Sequence record: DRR723986_6985
DNA length: 47,821 nucleotides
Reading direction: 5' to 3' (one strand)
Shown: piece after piece, positions 8,241-16,555 of the stretch
Layout of the letters: every line of letters begins with the position of its first letter
Numbering within the stretch: position 1 is the stretch's first letter
Position numbers and translations under genes: made by a program
The notes under the pieces: generated by a model
What the model was told of the DNA's origin: nothing
Database searches by the model: none
The model's input: the letters and a program-made list of their open reading frames with translations, nothing else

Positions 8241-9119
8241 ATGCTCGAACTCAAGGGATCCATTCCCGCCCTTGTCACACCGTTCAGGGACGGAAGCGTT
8301 GACATCGAAGCGCTGGAACGTCTCGTTGAGTGGCACATTGCCCAGGGCAGCGACGGGCTGGTTGCTGTCGGGACGACGGGCGAAAGCCCGACTGTCTCCA
8401 AGATCGAGCATAAGGACGTCATCAAGCGGGTCGTCGATCTTGTGGCCGGCCGCATTCCGGTTGTTGCCGGGACTGGCTCCAACGCAACGGCGCAATCTCT
8501 CGACATGCTTCAGCACGCTGAAGCCGTTGGCGCAGATGCGGCGCTGGTCGTGACGCCCTATTACAACAAGCCCAACCAGGCAGGCCTGCTCAGCCACTAC
8601 CAGGTTCTCCACGACAACAGCGCGATCCCGATCATCCTCTACAATATTCCGGGCCGGTGTGTGATCGACATATTGCCGGAAACCATGGCCGAGATGGCAC
8701 GCTGGCCGCGGATTATTGGCGTGAAGGATGCCACCGGCAGCATGGAGCGGGTCAGCAAGCAAAGGGCACTTTGCGGCAAGGCTTTCATGCAGTTCAGTGC
8801 TGAGGACGCCGCCGCACTGGGTTTCAACGCCCATGGCGGGCAGGGATGCATTTCAGTGACCGCCAACGTGGCTCCAGGCCTTTGTGCCGAGTTCCAGAGC
8901 GCATCACTTGCTGAAAACCTCGAACTTGCCCGGGAGTATCAGGACCGCCTGTTGCCGCTCCACTCCGCGATGTTCCTAGAGCCACCCGCAGCCTGCGCCA
9001 AATACGGCCTGTCCAGACTGGGGCTTTGCCACGAAGATGTCCGCTTGCCGCTGACACCGGTGACCGAGGCAACCCGTCGCGAGATCGACAAAGCCATGGA
9101 GATCGCAGGTTTGCTCTAG
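8241..9119 (+). CDS. dapA: 4-hydroxy-tetrahydrodipicolinate synthase (DHDPS family)
   Basis: GTTGESPT, TPYYNKP, LYNIPGR and Schiff-base Lys in GVKDATG; SD GGAGG before ATG 8241. Confidence 0.85.
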   Translation: MLELKGSIPALVTPFRDGSVDIEALERLVEWHIAQGSDGLVAVGTTGESPTVSKIEHKDVIKRVVDLVAGRIPVVAGTGSNATAQSLDMLQHAEAVGADAALVVTPYYNKPNQAGLLSHYQVLHDNSAIPIILYNIPGRCVIDILPETMAEMARWPRIIGVKDATGSMERVSKQRALCGKAFMQFSAEDAAALGFNAHGGQGCISVTANVAPGLCAEFQSASLAENLELAREYQDRLLPLHSAMFLEPPAACAKYGLSRLGLCHEDVRLPLTPVTEATRREIDKAMEIAGLL

Positions 9120-9180
9120 AGTCCCAGCTCATTCGCCGTACACTTTGTGGCTGGAAATCGCTTTTTGCGCGACTGGCTAT

Positions 9181-9215
9181 ATGAAGTGCCCCGAGCAGGG
9201 GCGCTTCATTTTTTT
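9181..9215 (+). terminator. Intrinsic terminator after dapA
   Basis: ATGAAGTGCCCC-gagca-GGGGCGCTTCAT followed by a T-run. Confidence 0.8.
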
Positions 9216-9233
9216 GATCAAGCCGTGACGGGC

Positions 9234-10754
9234 TTACTGAACCCGCGGATAAAGCGTCTCGATTTCGCCGAGATCGCTATTGCCTTCCAGCCGGTCAAGT
9301 TCCGGCTTCCACGGGCAGGCGACAGCCGGTGCGTTCAGCATGGCAAGAGCCTTGCCGGCAGACGCAGGGATGACCTGTGTCAGCGCTTCCATGACGACGC
9401 GCAGGCAGTCCAGCGTCACGTAGATCACCGTCTGGCAACGCTCGCGGGTCTCCTCGTTCTTGATGAGATCCCAGGGAGCCTGCTCGGCGAAGTAGTTGTT
9501 CATCTCGTCGGCGACGGTGATGATCGACTGCATGCGAGCCGGGATTTCAGCAAGGTTGACCCATTCGCCCATGCCCTTGGTGGCTTCAAGCACGGACTTG
9601 CGGATCGCTTCGTCCTCGGCTGACAGCGGACCCGGTGCCGGCAGTTTGCCGTCAAAACGGGCCTTGGAGAACTTGGCCGCCCGCGACAGCAGGTTGCCGA
9701 TCTTGTTGCCCAGTTCCGTGTTGTAGGACTGGGTGATGAAGTCGACCGAAATCTGGCTGTCGCTGTCCGCACGCATGTGCCGGGCGAGGTACCAGCGCAA
9801 GGCGTCGACGCCCAGCTTCTCGATGACCTCGATCGGATCAACAACGTTGCCGATGGACTTCGACATCTTGACGCCGCCCGCACCAACCCAGTGGCTGTGA
9901 ACGGACAGTTTCTTCGGCAACGGCAGTCCGGCGGCCATCAGCATGATCGGCCAGTAGACGCCATGCGGCTTGAGGATATCCTTGCCGATCAGGTGCTCGC
10001 ATTCCGCCCACCAGCTCTCGTAGCCTGCTTCCGGCCAGTTGATGTTGGTGAGGTAGTTCGCCAGCGCATCGAACCAGACATAGGTGACGAAGTCGGTGTC
10101 GAAAGGCAGTTCGATACCCAGGGTTACACGGGCCTTCGGCCGGGAGATGCAGAGATCTTCCAGCGGTTCGGACAGCATCTGCTTCAGTTCGTTCTTGAAC
10201 GCTTCGGGCTGGACGAAGTCCGGATTTTCGGCGATGTGCTGCAGAAGGCGCTCGCGGAACGGTTCCATCTTCAGGAAGTAGTTGGTTTCCTCCGTCTGCT
10301 CCACCTTCATTGTCGGGTGCAGCGGGCACTGGCCCTCTTCGGTCAGATCGGATTCCTTCTTGAACTCCTCGCAGCCCTTGCAGTAGGTGCCGGTGTAGTT
10401 CTTCTTGACGATCAGATCCTTGTCGAAGATCGACTGCTCCATTCCAGCGACGGCCGTCTTGTGGCCCTCGCGGCTGGTGCGCACGAAATAGTCGTAAGCC
10501 ACGTCCAGACGGTCGAAGACATCGCGGAATTCTGCACAGCGCATGTTGAGGTAGTCTTCAACCGACATTCCCTCTTTTTCCGCTGCTTCCTGGTTCTTCT
10601 GTCCGTGCTCGTCCACGCCGGTGGACAGCATCATGTCATACCCCAGCGCCTGTCGGTTGCGTTTCAGGATATCGGCCATCACGGACGTGAAGGCGTGACC
10701 GATATGCGGAGAACCGTTGACGTAGTAGATCGGGGTGGTGATGTAGCTTTTCAT
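9234..10754 (-). CDS. metG: Methionine--tRNA ligase (short, single zinc-knuckle type)
   Basis: YITTPIYYVNGSPHIGH (HIGH), DEHGQK, YVWFDAL, KMSKS; knuckle CKGC...CPLH; 506 aa with no C-terminal dimerisation domain. Confidence 0.93.
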   Translation of the reverse strand: MKSYITTPIYYVNGSPHIGHAFTSVMADILKRNRQALGYDMMLSTGVDEHGQKNQEAAEKEGMSVEDYLNMRCAEFRDVFDRLDVAYDYFVRTSREGHKTAVAGMEQSIFDKDLIVKKNYTGTYCKGCEEFKKESDLTEEGQCPLHPTMKVEQTEETNYFLKMEPFRERLLQHIAENPDFVQPEAFKNELKQMLSEPLEDLCISRPKARVTLGIELPFDTDFVTYVWFDALANYLTNINWPEAGYESWWAECEHLIGKDILKPHGVYWPIMLMAAGLPLPKKLSVHSHWVGAGGVKMSKSIGNVVDPIEVIEKLGVDALRWYLARHMRADSDSQISVDFITQSYNTELGNKIGNLLSRAAKFSKARFDGKLPAPGPLSAEDEAIRKSVLEATKGMGEWVNLAEIPARMQSIITVADEMNNYFAEQAPWDLIKNEETRERCQTVIYVTLDCLRVVMEALTQVIPASAGKALAMLNAPAVACPWKPELDRLEGNSDLGEIETLYPRVQ

Positions 10755-10863
10755 CCAAACGCTTTCGAAATGTCTGGGCGGAAACAAGTCCGGTCCGGCC
10801 TGTTGCGGCGCATCTGCCGTTCCGCCTAAAGAGGTGCGAGCTATATTCCATACTCGCCCGCAC

Positions 10864-10897
10864 AAGAAAAGCCCCGGCCTTTGAAAAGACCGGGGTT
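10864..10897 (-). terminator. Intrinsic terminator after the YeiH-family gene
   Basis: Minus strand CCCCGGTC-ttttcaaa-GGCCGGGG followed by CTTTTCTT. Confidence 0.7.
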
Positions 10898-10937
10898 CTG
10901 CTTCGTTATATGGGGTGCGGCAAGGCCGATTGAAAGG

Positions 10938-11933
10938 TCAGCCGATCAGCCAGATGCCGCCCAGAACGAAGAGCGCCAGAAATGCTGTCTGCGTGACCAG
11001 CATCCAGATGGCCGGGCCGCCGACTTCCAGCAGTTTCGGGATCGAGGTTTTCATGCCCACTGCCGCAATTGCGGCCAGCAACGCCCAGCGGGAAACGTGT
11101 CCGGCCGCCTCCTTGGCAACGTCCGGAATAAGGCCGAAGGAATTGAGTGCGGCAAGCACCAGGAAGGCGACAACAAACGCCGGCATGATTGGAGGACGGG
11201 CGCTGCCCGGCACCGAACTCTTGCGCAGGATGAGCGCCGCGACCAGCACGATGGGCGCCAGCATTGTGACGCGGATCAGTTTCACCAGCGTCGAAAGGTC
11301 TCCGGTTTCCTCGGAGATCGAGAAACCGGCGCCGACAACCTGGGCAACATCGTGGATCGTGCCGCCAAGGAAGACACCGGTCGCGTCCATGGAAAGGCCG
11401 AGGGAGGAGGTCAGGATCGGGTAGAAGATCATCGCCAGTGTGGACAGGACGGTCACGGTAATCACCGTGAAGGCGAGATCGCGTTCGGCATGTTCGCGTT
11501 TCGGCAGGATGGAGCCGATGGCCATGGCCGCGGAGGCTCCGCAAATGGCGACCGCGCCGCCGGTCAGAAACGAAAACAACCTGTCTCGTCCGAACAGCCC
11601 GCCGATCAAGAGGGAAAAGCCGATGGTAACCAGGACGCCGAGGATCACCAGAAGCAGAAACGGCAGACCCAGCTGCTGCACCATTTCAACACTGATGCGG
11701 ACACCGAGCAGGGCAACGCCGACACGAAGCAGCGTGCGGGCGGCAAAGGCGATGCCTTCGCCCGTGCGCTGTTCCTCCGACAGGAAGTTCAGCGGCATGC
11801 CAAGCAGGATGGCCATCAACATGGCCGGTGCCCCGTAGTGCTCGTTGAGGAATTGCGCAGCAATGGCGACAAGCCCGGCAATCGCAATACCCGGGAACAG
11901 CCGGTTAGCCCGGTCTTTCAATGGAGCAACCAT
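10938..11933 (-). CDS. YeiH / putative sulfate (sulfite) exporter family membrane protein (UPF0324)
   Basis: LLRVGVALLG, AICGASAAMA, GGTIHDVAQVVGAG, KLIRV motifs; many hydrophobic segments. Confidence 0.88.
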   Translation of the reverse strand: MVAPLKDRANRLFPGIAIAGLVAIAAQFLNEHYGAPAMLMAILLGMPLNFLSEEQRTGEGIAFAARTLLRVGVALLGVRISVEMVQQLGLPFLLLVILGVLVTIGFSLLIGGLFGRDRLFSFLTGGAVAICGASAAMAIGSILPKREHAERDLAFTVITVTVLSTLAMIFYPILTSSLGLSMDATGVFLGGTIHDVAQVVGAGFSISEETGDLSTLVKLIRVTMLAPIVLVAALILRKSSVPGSARPPIMPAFVVAFLVLAALNSFGLIPDVAKEAAGHVSRWALLAAIAAVGMKTSIPKLLEVGGPAIWMLVTQTAFLALFVLGGIWLIG

Positions 11934-11959
11934 GAAACGTTCTTAGTCCTTGTTGATGT

Positions 11960-13279
11960 TTACCGATCGACGGGAAGGCCGCTCGGGACAGTGGCAGGGA
12001 TGCCGAAGGGCGGGGCCGTGACGGACTGCGTGCCGGTCAGGCTTTTCAGAAAAGCCTCCAGATCGGCAATCTCCGCATCCGAAAGAGGGAGAGGCTCAAT
12101 ATCCCTGAATCGGGCCTGACGCGCCATCTCACGAGCGTCATTCCAGACCACAAAATCGATCGCCTGCAGCCATGGCGCTTGTGGAAGGGCTGCGGTTTCC
12201 GGTGTCCAGGCTTTCAGCATTCCATCGGGGGCGAGATGATGCCGGATGATCCCCTCCAGCGTAGGGTAGGCGCCATTGTGCCCGTAAGGGGCGGTCAGCT
12301 CGACATTGCGCAGCATCGGGGTCCGGAACCGGTAGGCGTCTTCCAGGCGGTCGGTTTCTCCCATCACGCCGACATCGCGCACCATCGGATCGAAGCTGCG
12401 GGTGCGGCCCGGACCAAAGGGGGGCAGGCCCAGGGCGTGGAACTTCTGATCGCTGAGCAGTTTGCCCGAATGACACGAGGAGCACCCGGCCTTGCCGTAG
12501 AAGAGATCGAGACCCCGCTTCTGGGCCGGATCCAGAGCGCTTTCGTCGCCGGTGAGATACGCGTCGAACGGGCTGTCGAAGCTCTGCCATTCAATTGCCT
12601 GGAAAGCTGCCAGCGCATTTGCGATTTCAACGATCGTGACCTCTTCAGGGGCGTCGATATGATCGAACGCCTCGACAAACAGGCGGCCATATTCCGGAAT
12701 GATGCGGACGCGTTTGGCAAGGATCGGCCAGGCGTTGTCGATGCGGTCGTAAATGGCCCCGGCGATCTCGTTTTCCTTCGGATTGCCCGCCATCTCGAAC
12801 TGGGCCGTCACCGGAAAGACAGCCTGGGCGGCGAGCAGAGAATTGAAGCCCGTGGGCAGCCATTCTTCCGCAGGCGAATTGAAGCCGTTTTCGAAGGTAT
12901 CGGCAATCGACAGGCGGCCGTCATGAAACAGGACGTGGAGCTCGTTTGCTCCCAAGTTCCAAAGACCTGGAGCGTTTCGCGGAATCCGTTTCTTAATGCG
13001 GCTGTCACCGGTTCCGGCAACCCGCTTGAGGCCCAACCCTTCGCCGCCTTCGCCGATGCCGAGCGACAACCGGTCTCCGGTGCCGAGGTTCGGGTGATGG
13101 CATGTGGCGCAAGCAATATTCCTGTTGCCGGAGAGGATCTTGTCGTAAAAAAGCAACTGGCCGAGGGCTGCCTGCTTTCTGTCGAAGGCGATGAAATCGT
13201 CTTCCTTCAAGGGCGGTGGCAATTCGGAAGCAATCGCCGGTGCCGACAAGCAGAAGACCAGAGGGAGCAACCGCAACAC
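11960..13279 (-). CDS. Periplasmic di-heme cytochrome c peroxidase / MauG superfamily protein
   Basis: Signal peptide (M)LRLLPLVFCLSAPAIA from GTG 13279 (or TTG 13276); LGQLLFYDKILSG, CATCH, RNAP, CSSCH, FRTPMLRNVELTAPYGHNG. Confidence 0.85.
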   Translation of the reverse strand: MLRLLPLVFCLSAPAIASELPPPLKEDDFIAFDRKQAALGQLLFYDKILSGNRNIACATCHHPNLGTGDRLSLGIGEGGEGLGLKRVAGTGDSRIKKRIPRNAPGLWNLGANELHVLFHDGRLSIADTFENGFNSPAEEWLPTGFNSLLAAQAVFPVTAQFEMAGNPKENEIAGAIYDRIDNAWPILAKRVRIIPEYGRLFVEAFDHIDAPEEVTIVEIANALAAFQAIEWQSFDSPFDAYLTGDESALDPAQKRGLDLFYGKAGCSSCHSGKLLSDQKFHALGLPPFGPGRTRSFDPMVRDVGVMGETDRLEDAYRFRTPMLRNVELTAPYGHNGAYPTLEGIIRHHLAPDGMLKAWTPETAALPQAPWLQAIDFVVWNDAREMARQARFRDIEPLPLSDAEIADLEAFLKSLTGTQSVTAPPFGIPATVPSGLPVDR

Positions 13280-13762
13280 ATGAAAACCACGCTGACCGCC
13301 GCTCTTTTTGCTCTTGTGTTGTGCACGAGTTCTGCCCAGGCCGAAATCGAAGCCGCGCGCGACCTGATGGAGGCCAATCGCTACGAAGAGGCGATGAAGG
13401 AACTTTGGCCGGCGGCACGTTCCGGCAACGCGGATGCGGAAGAACTGATCGGTGTGATGTACGCCATGGGGCTGGGTGTCGAGCGCGACGACCAGCGGGC
13501 GTTCGAGTGGTATCTCAGAAGTGCGATGAAGGGGCATCCGGGTGCCCAGTCCGGTGTCGGCTGGTACTATGAGGTGGGACGGGGCATGCCGGCTCCGGAT
13601 CTCGTGCGGGCTTACATGTGGTACACGCTCTCCGCCATCGGGGGGGACCCCGACGCCGCGATCTCTCTGGAAGAGGTGGTCAAGAAGATGACCAAAGACG
13701 AGATTGAGAAGGCGCATATCCTGGTCGGTGATTACAAGGTCTGGATGTATCCGTTCAATTGA
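13280..13762 (+). CDS. Exported Sel1-like repeat protein
   Basis: Signal peptide MKTTLTAALFALVLCTSSAQA; Sel1 repeats (AEELIGVMYAMGLGVERDDQRAFEWY; AQSGVGWYYEVGRG); GAGGGAG upstream. Confidence 0.85.
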   Translation: MKTTLTAALFALVLCTSSAQAEIEAARDLMEANRYEEAMKELWPAARSGNADAEELIGVMYAMGLGVERDDQRAFEWYLRSAMKGHPGAQSGVGWYYEVGRGMPAPDLVRAYMWYTLSAIGGDPDAAISLEEVVKKMTKDEIEKAHILVGDYKVWMYPFN

Positions 13763-13934
13763 AAGCCGGCGGTTCGTTCCTGATCGGCGCAGAACTCGCG
13801 TGATCGAGTGCTGGGCGGACCGGGCCATTGAGCTCTGGCTCTCCCGGGTCTCCCACGGCTTCACCATGGGACGTGTGCCGATCCCTGTCCAGTTTACGGC
13901 AGGCACGATTCCGGACCGGTGCATGTGCTGGGAT

Positions 13935-13966
13935 GTGTCACGCCCTGCAGTGGCAAGGCGTGACAC
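13935..13966 (-). other. Strong hairpin just downstream of dctP (stabiliser-like, no U-tract)
   Basis: Minus strand GTGTCACGCCTTGC-cact-GCAGGGCGTGACAC. Confidence 0.6.
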
Positions 13967-13975
13967 GGTGTTTCG

Positions 13976-15034
13976 TCAGTTCAGATCGGCAGAGCGATTG
14001 GCGTTGATGTCGGCTTCGGCCGCAGCCACGGCTTCTTCCAGAGCGCCGAAGATCTCGCCGCCGCGTCCGACATTGCCCTTGAACCAGTCATAGACCGGAG
14101 CGGCTGCTTCCTTGAAGGCTGCCTTTTCTTCCGGGGTCGGGACGTAGAGATCGCCGCCACCGGCCACGAAGTCTTCATACGCCTTGATCGACTTGCGCTT
14201 CGGTGAGGCGAAGGTTGCCTGCTGCAGGGCGTAGAAACCATCCACCACGACACGGCGAAGGTCTTCCGGCATCGACAGGAACTTCTCGTTGTTCATCCAC
14301 CACAAGGCGCCCATGTAAGCATGCCCGTCGAGGGTGACATACTGAAGACCGGCATCGGGGAACTTCATGCCCATGATGTCGGTGATGCCGTTCTTGGAAC
14401 CTTCGACAACGCCGGTCTGCAGCGAGGTGAACAGTTCCGGCCACGGGATCGGCGTCGGAGCAGCACCAAGTGCCTTGACCAGTTCCTGCGGCAGGTCGGC
14501 CACCACGGTGCGGATCTTCAGGCCCTTGAGGTCTTCCGGCTTGGCGACGCGATGCTTGGTGTTGGCGAAGTTGCGCCAGCCGCCGGTGTTGCCGATGGTC
14601 ATCAGGCGGATTGTGTCACCGGAATCTTCCAGTGCCATCGTGCGCATGGTGCGGGTGAATTCACCCGACAGGACATGCTCCGCAATCCGGTCGTCGCTCA
14701 TCATGTAGGGCAGGTCGAGAACCTGGACATACGGGAAAATGCCCGCCGCGCCGCCGGAAGTGGAGATGTAGATGTCGATCGCACCGTCGGAAATCCCCTG
14801 AAGGCATTCAGCGCCGTTGGAGCAAAGCTGCGTACCGATGAACAGTTCGACCTCGATGGCACCGTTGGAAGCGGCCTCAACGAAGTTCTTGAATACGACA
14901 AGACCGTCGTAGTCTTCGTCGTTTTCGTTGGAATTGGCGGTTGCGCGCAGCGTGTAGTCCGCGGCAAGCGCGCTCAGCGACGATCCGGCAAGCATCGCCG
15001 CGACGGTGAGCGTTTTCAGTGCAGTTTTGAGCAT
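13976..15034 (-). CDS. dctP: TRAP substrate-binding protein DctP (probable sulfoquinovose or SQ-glycoside)
   Basis: Signal peptide; DLKGLKIRT and PIPWPELFTSLQTGVVEG; substrate inferred from context only. Confidence 0.9.
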   Translation of the reverse strand: MLKTALKTLTVAAMLAGSSLSALAADYTLRATANSNENDEDYDGLVVFKNFVEAASNGAIEVELFIGTQLCSNGAECLQGISDGAIDIYISTSGGAAGIFPYVQVLDLPYMMSDDRIAEHVLSGEFTRTMRTMALEDSGDTIRLMTIGNTGGWRNFANTKHRVAKPEDLKGLKIRTVVADLPQELVKALGAAPTPIPWPELFTSLQTGVVEGSKNGITDIMGMKFPDAGLQYVTLDGHAYMGALWWMNNEKFLSMPEDLRRVVVDGFYALQQATFASPKRKSIKAYEDFVAGGGDLYVPTPEEKAAFKEAAAPVYDWFKGNVGRGGEIFGALEEAVAAAEADINANRSADLN

Positions 15035-15061
15035 TAGGTTCCTCCCTTAGAAAGCTCAGGA

Positions 15062-16555
15062 TCAGTTGGCAAATCCGGTCAGACGCGGGATCGTCATCGA
15101 AAGTGCCGGAATATAGGTGATCAGGAAGATCACCGCGATTTCCACCGCCAGAAACGGCAGGATGGCTTTGGCAATGGTTTCAACCCGTTCTCTTGAAACC
15201 GAAGCCGCAACGAAGAGCACCAGTCCCATGGGCGGCGTTGCCAGGCCGATGGTCAGGTTGACGCTCATGATGATGGCGAAATGGATCGGATCGACGCCAA
15301 GGTTGACGAAGATCGGTCCAAGAATGGGGCCGAGAATGATGATCGCGGGGCCTGCATCCAGGAACATGCCGACAACGAAGAGCAGCAGGTTGATCAGGAA
15401 CAGCAGGATCAGCGGGTTCTCCGACAGGGTGAGAACGAACTCCGCCATGATTTCGGGAGCGTGGCTGAGGCTGACGACAGTCTTGAAGGCCATCGCCGCA
15501 CCGACCAGGAGAAGCACCACTGCAGAGGTTATACCAGCCCTGTTCAGGACACCCGGGATCTCGGAGACCTTGATGGAGTGCAGAACGAAGAAGCCGATAA
15601 CCAGCGCGTAGGCAACTGCGACCGCGGCCGCTTCCGTTGGCGTGAAGACCCCCAGCAGAATGCCGCCGAGAATGATGATCGGCGTCTGAAGCGGAGCAAC
15701 TGCTTTCTTGCACACGACCCGAAAATCTTCCGAGACAGCACTTCTGAGCTTCCACAAGAGCACATGGGAAACCGCCAGGAAGACTGCGAACAGGATGAAG
15801 GAAGTCGTCGTTGAAAGGGACGCGAACCCGGTCACGGTGATCACAAGGTCCGCGATCACCGTGAACAGGGCAGCCAGGTTTGCCCTCAGCACAATGAAGG
15901 AGAACCAGTATTCCACCGGTGCCATGGTTTGGCCGGGGTTGACGATCCTCTGTGCTTTGGGAAGGTCGTACTTGTTGGCCATGACCTTGACCATCAGCAT
16001 CAGGCCGATGCCGACCATGATGCCGGGTACGATACCGGCCAGGAACAGCGCGGCAACGCTCTCGCCCATCACATAGGCATAGATGATCATGATGCCCGAC
16101 GGCGGAATGATCGGGCCGATGACGGAACTCGCCGCGGTGATTGCCGCAGCAAAACGCCTTGTGTAACCCTGCTTCTCCATTGCCGGGATCAGCATTGATC
16201 CAAGAGCGGAGGTATCGGCAACAGCGGAACCGGATAGGCCTGCAAACAGCATCGACGACAGGATGTTCACATGAGCAAGGCCGCCGCGCAGATGTCCCAT
16301 CAGGGCCTGGCTGAACTCGACCAGCCGCATGGTGATGCCGCCCTTGTTCATCAGCTCGCCTGCGAGCATGAAAAACGGAATCGCCATCAGAGGAAAACTG
16401 TCCATGCCGTTGTAGACGTTGCGGTAAAGCAGCGTAATGTCTTTTTCCTGGCCGTTCAGCCAGAGCAACAGGCCAGGGGCCGCCAGAAGGCCGAAGAAGA
16501 CAGGCAGTCCGATCAGCAGGAAGACGAGGAAGACGGGAAGGAACCAGATCAGCAT
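15062..16555 (-). CDS. dctM: TRAP large permease DctM
   Basis: FPLMAIPFFMLAG, SGSAVAD, GPIIPPS, GVFTPTEA, GLATPPMG. Confidence 0.92.
   Translation of the reverse strand: MLIWFLPVFLVFLLIGLPVFFGLLAAPGLLLWLNGQEKDITLLYRNVYNGMDSFPLMAIPFFMLAGELMNKGGITMRLVEFSQALMGHLRGGLAHVNILSSMLFAGLSGSAVADTSALGSMLIPAMEKQGYTRRFAAAITAASSVIGPIIPPSGIMIIYAYVMGESVAALFLAGIVPGIMVGIGLMLMVKVMANKYDLPKAQRIVNPGQTMAPVEYWFSFIVLRANLAALFTVIADLVITVTGFASLSTTTSFILFAVFLAVSHVLLWKLRSAVSEDFRVVCKKAVAPLQTPIIILGGILLGVFTPTEAAAVAVAYALVIGFFVLHSIKVSEIPGVLNRAGITSAVVLLLVGAAMAFKTVVSLSHAPEIMAEFVLTLSENPLILLFLINLLLFVVGMFLDAGPAIIILGPILGPIFVNLGVDPIHFAIIMSVNLTIGLATPPMGLVLFVAASVSRERVETIAKAILPFLAVEIAVIFLITYIPALSMTIPRLTGFAN

Noticed and set aside
10755-10860. 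SAM-II or SAM-SAH riboswitch, or T-box, upstream of metG
   Set aside because: No GCUAAA pseudoknot strand, SAM-SAH core or T-box sequence seen.
13280-13966. 229-codon N-terminal extension of the peroxidase ORF (11960..13966) and the reciprocal 12179..13762 plus-strand extension
   Set aside because: Each extension is largely the antisense shadow of the other gene; clean signal peptides begin at 13279 (-) and 13280 (+).
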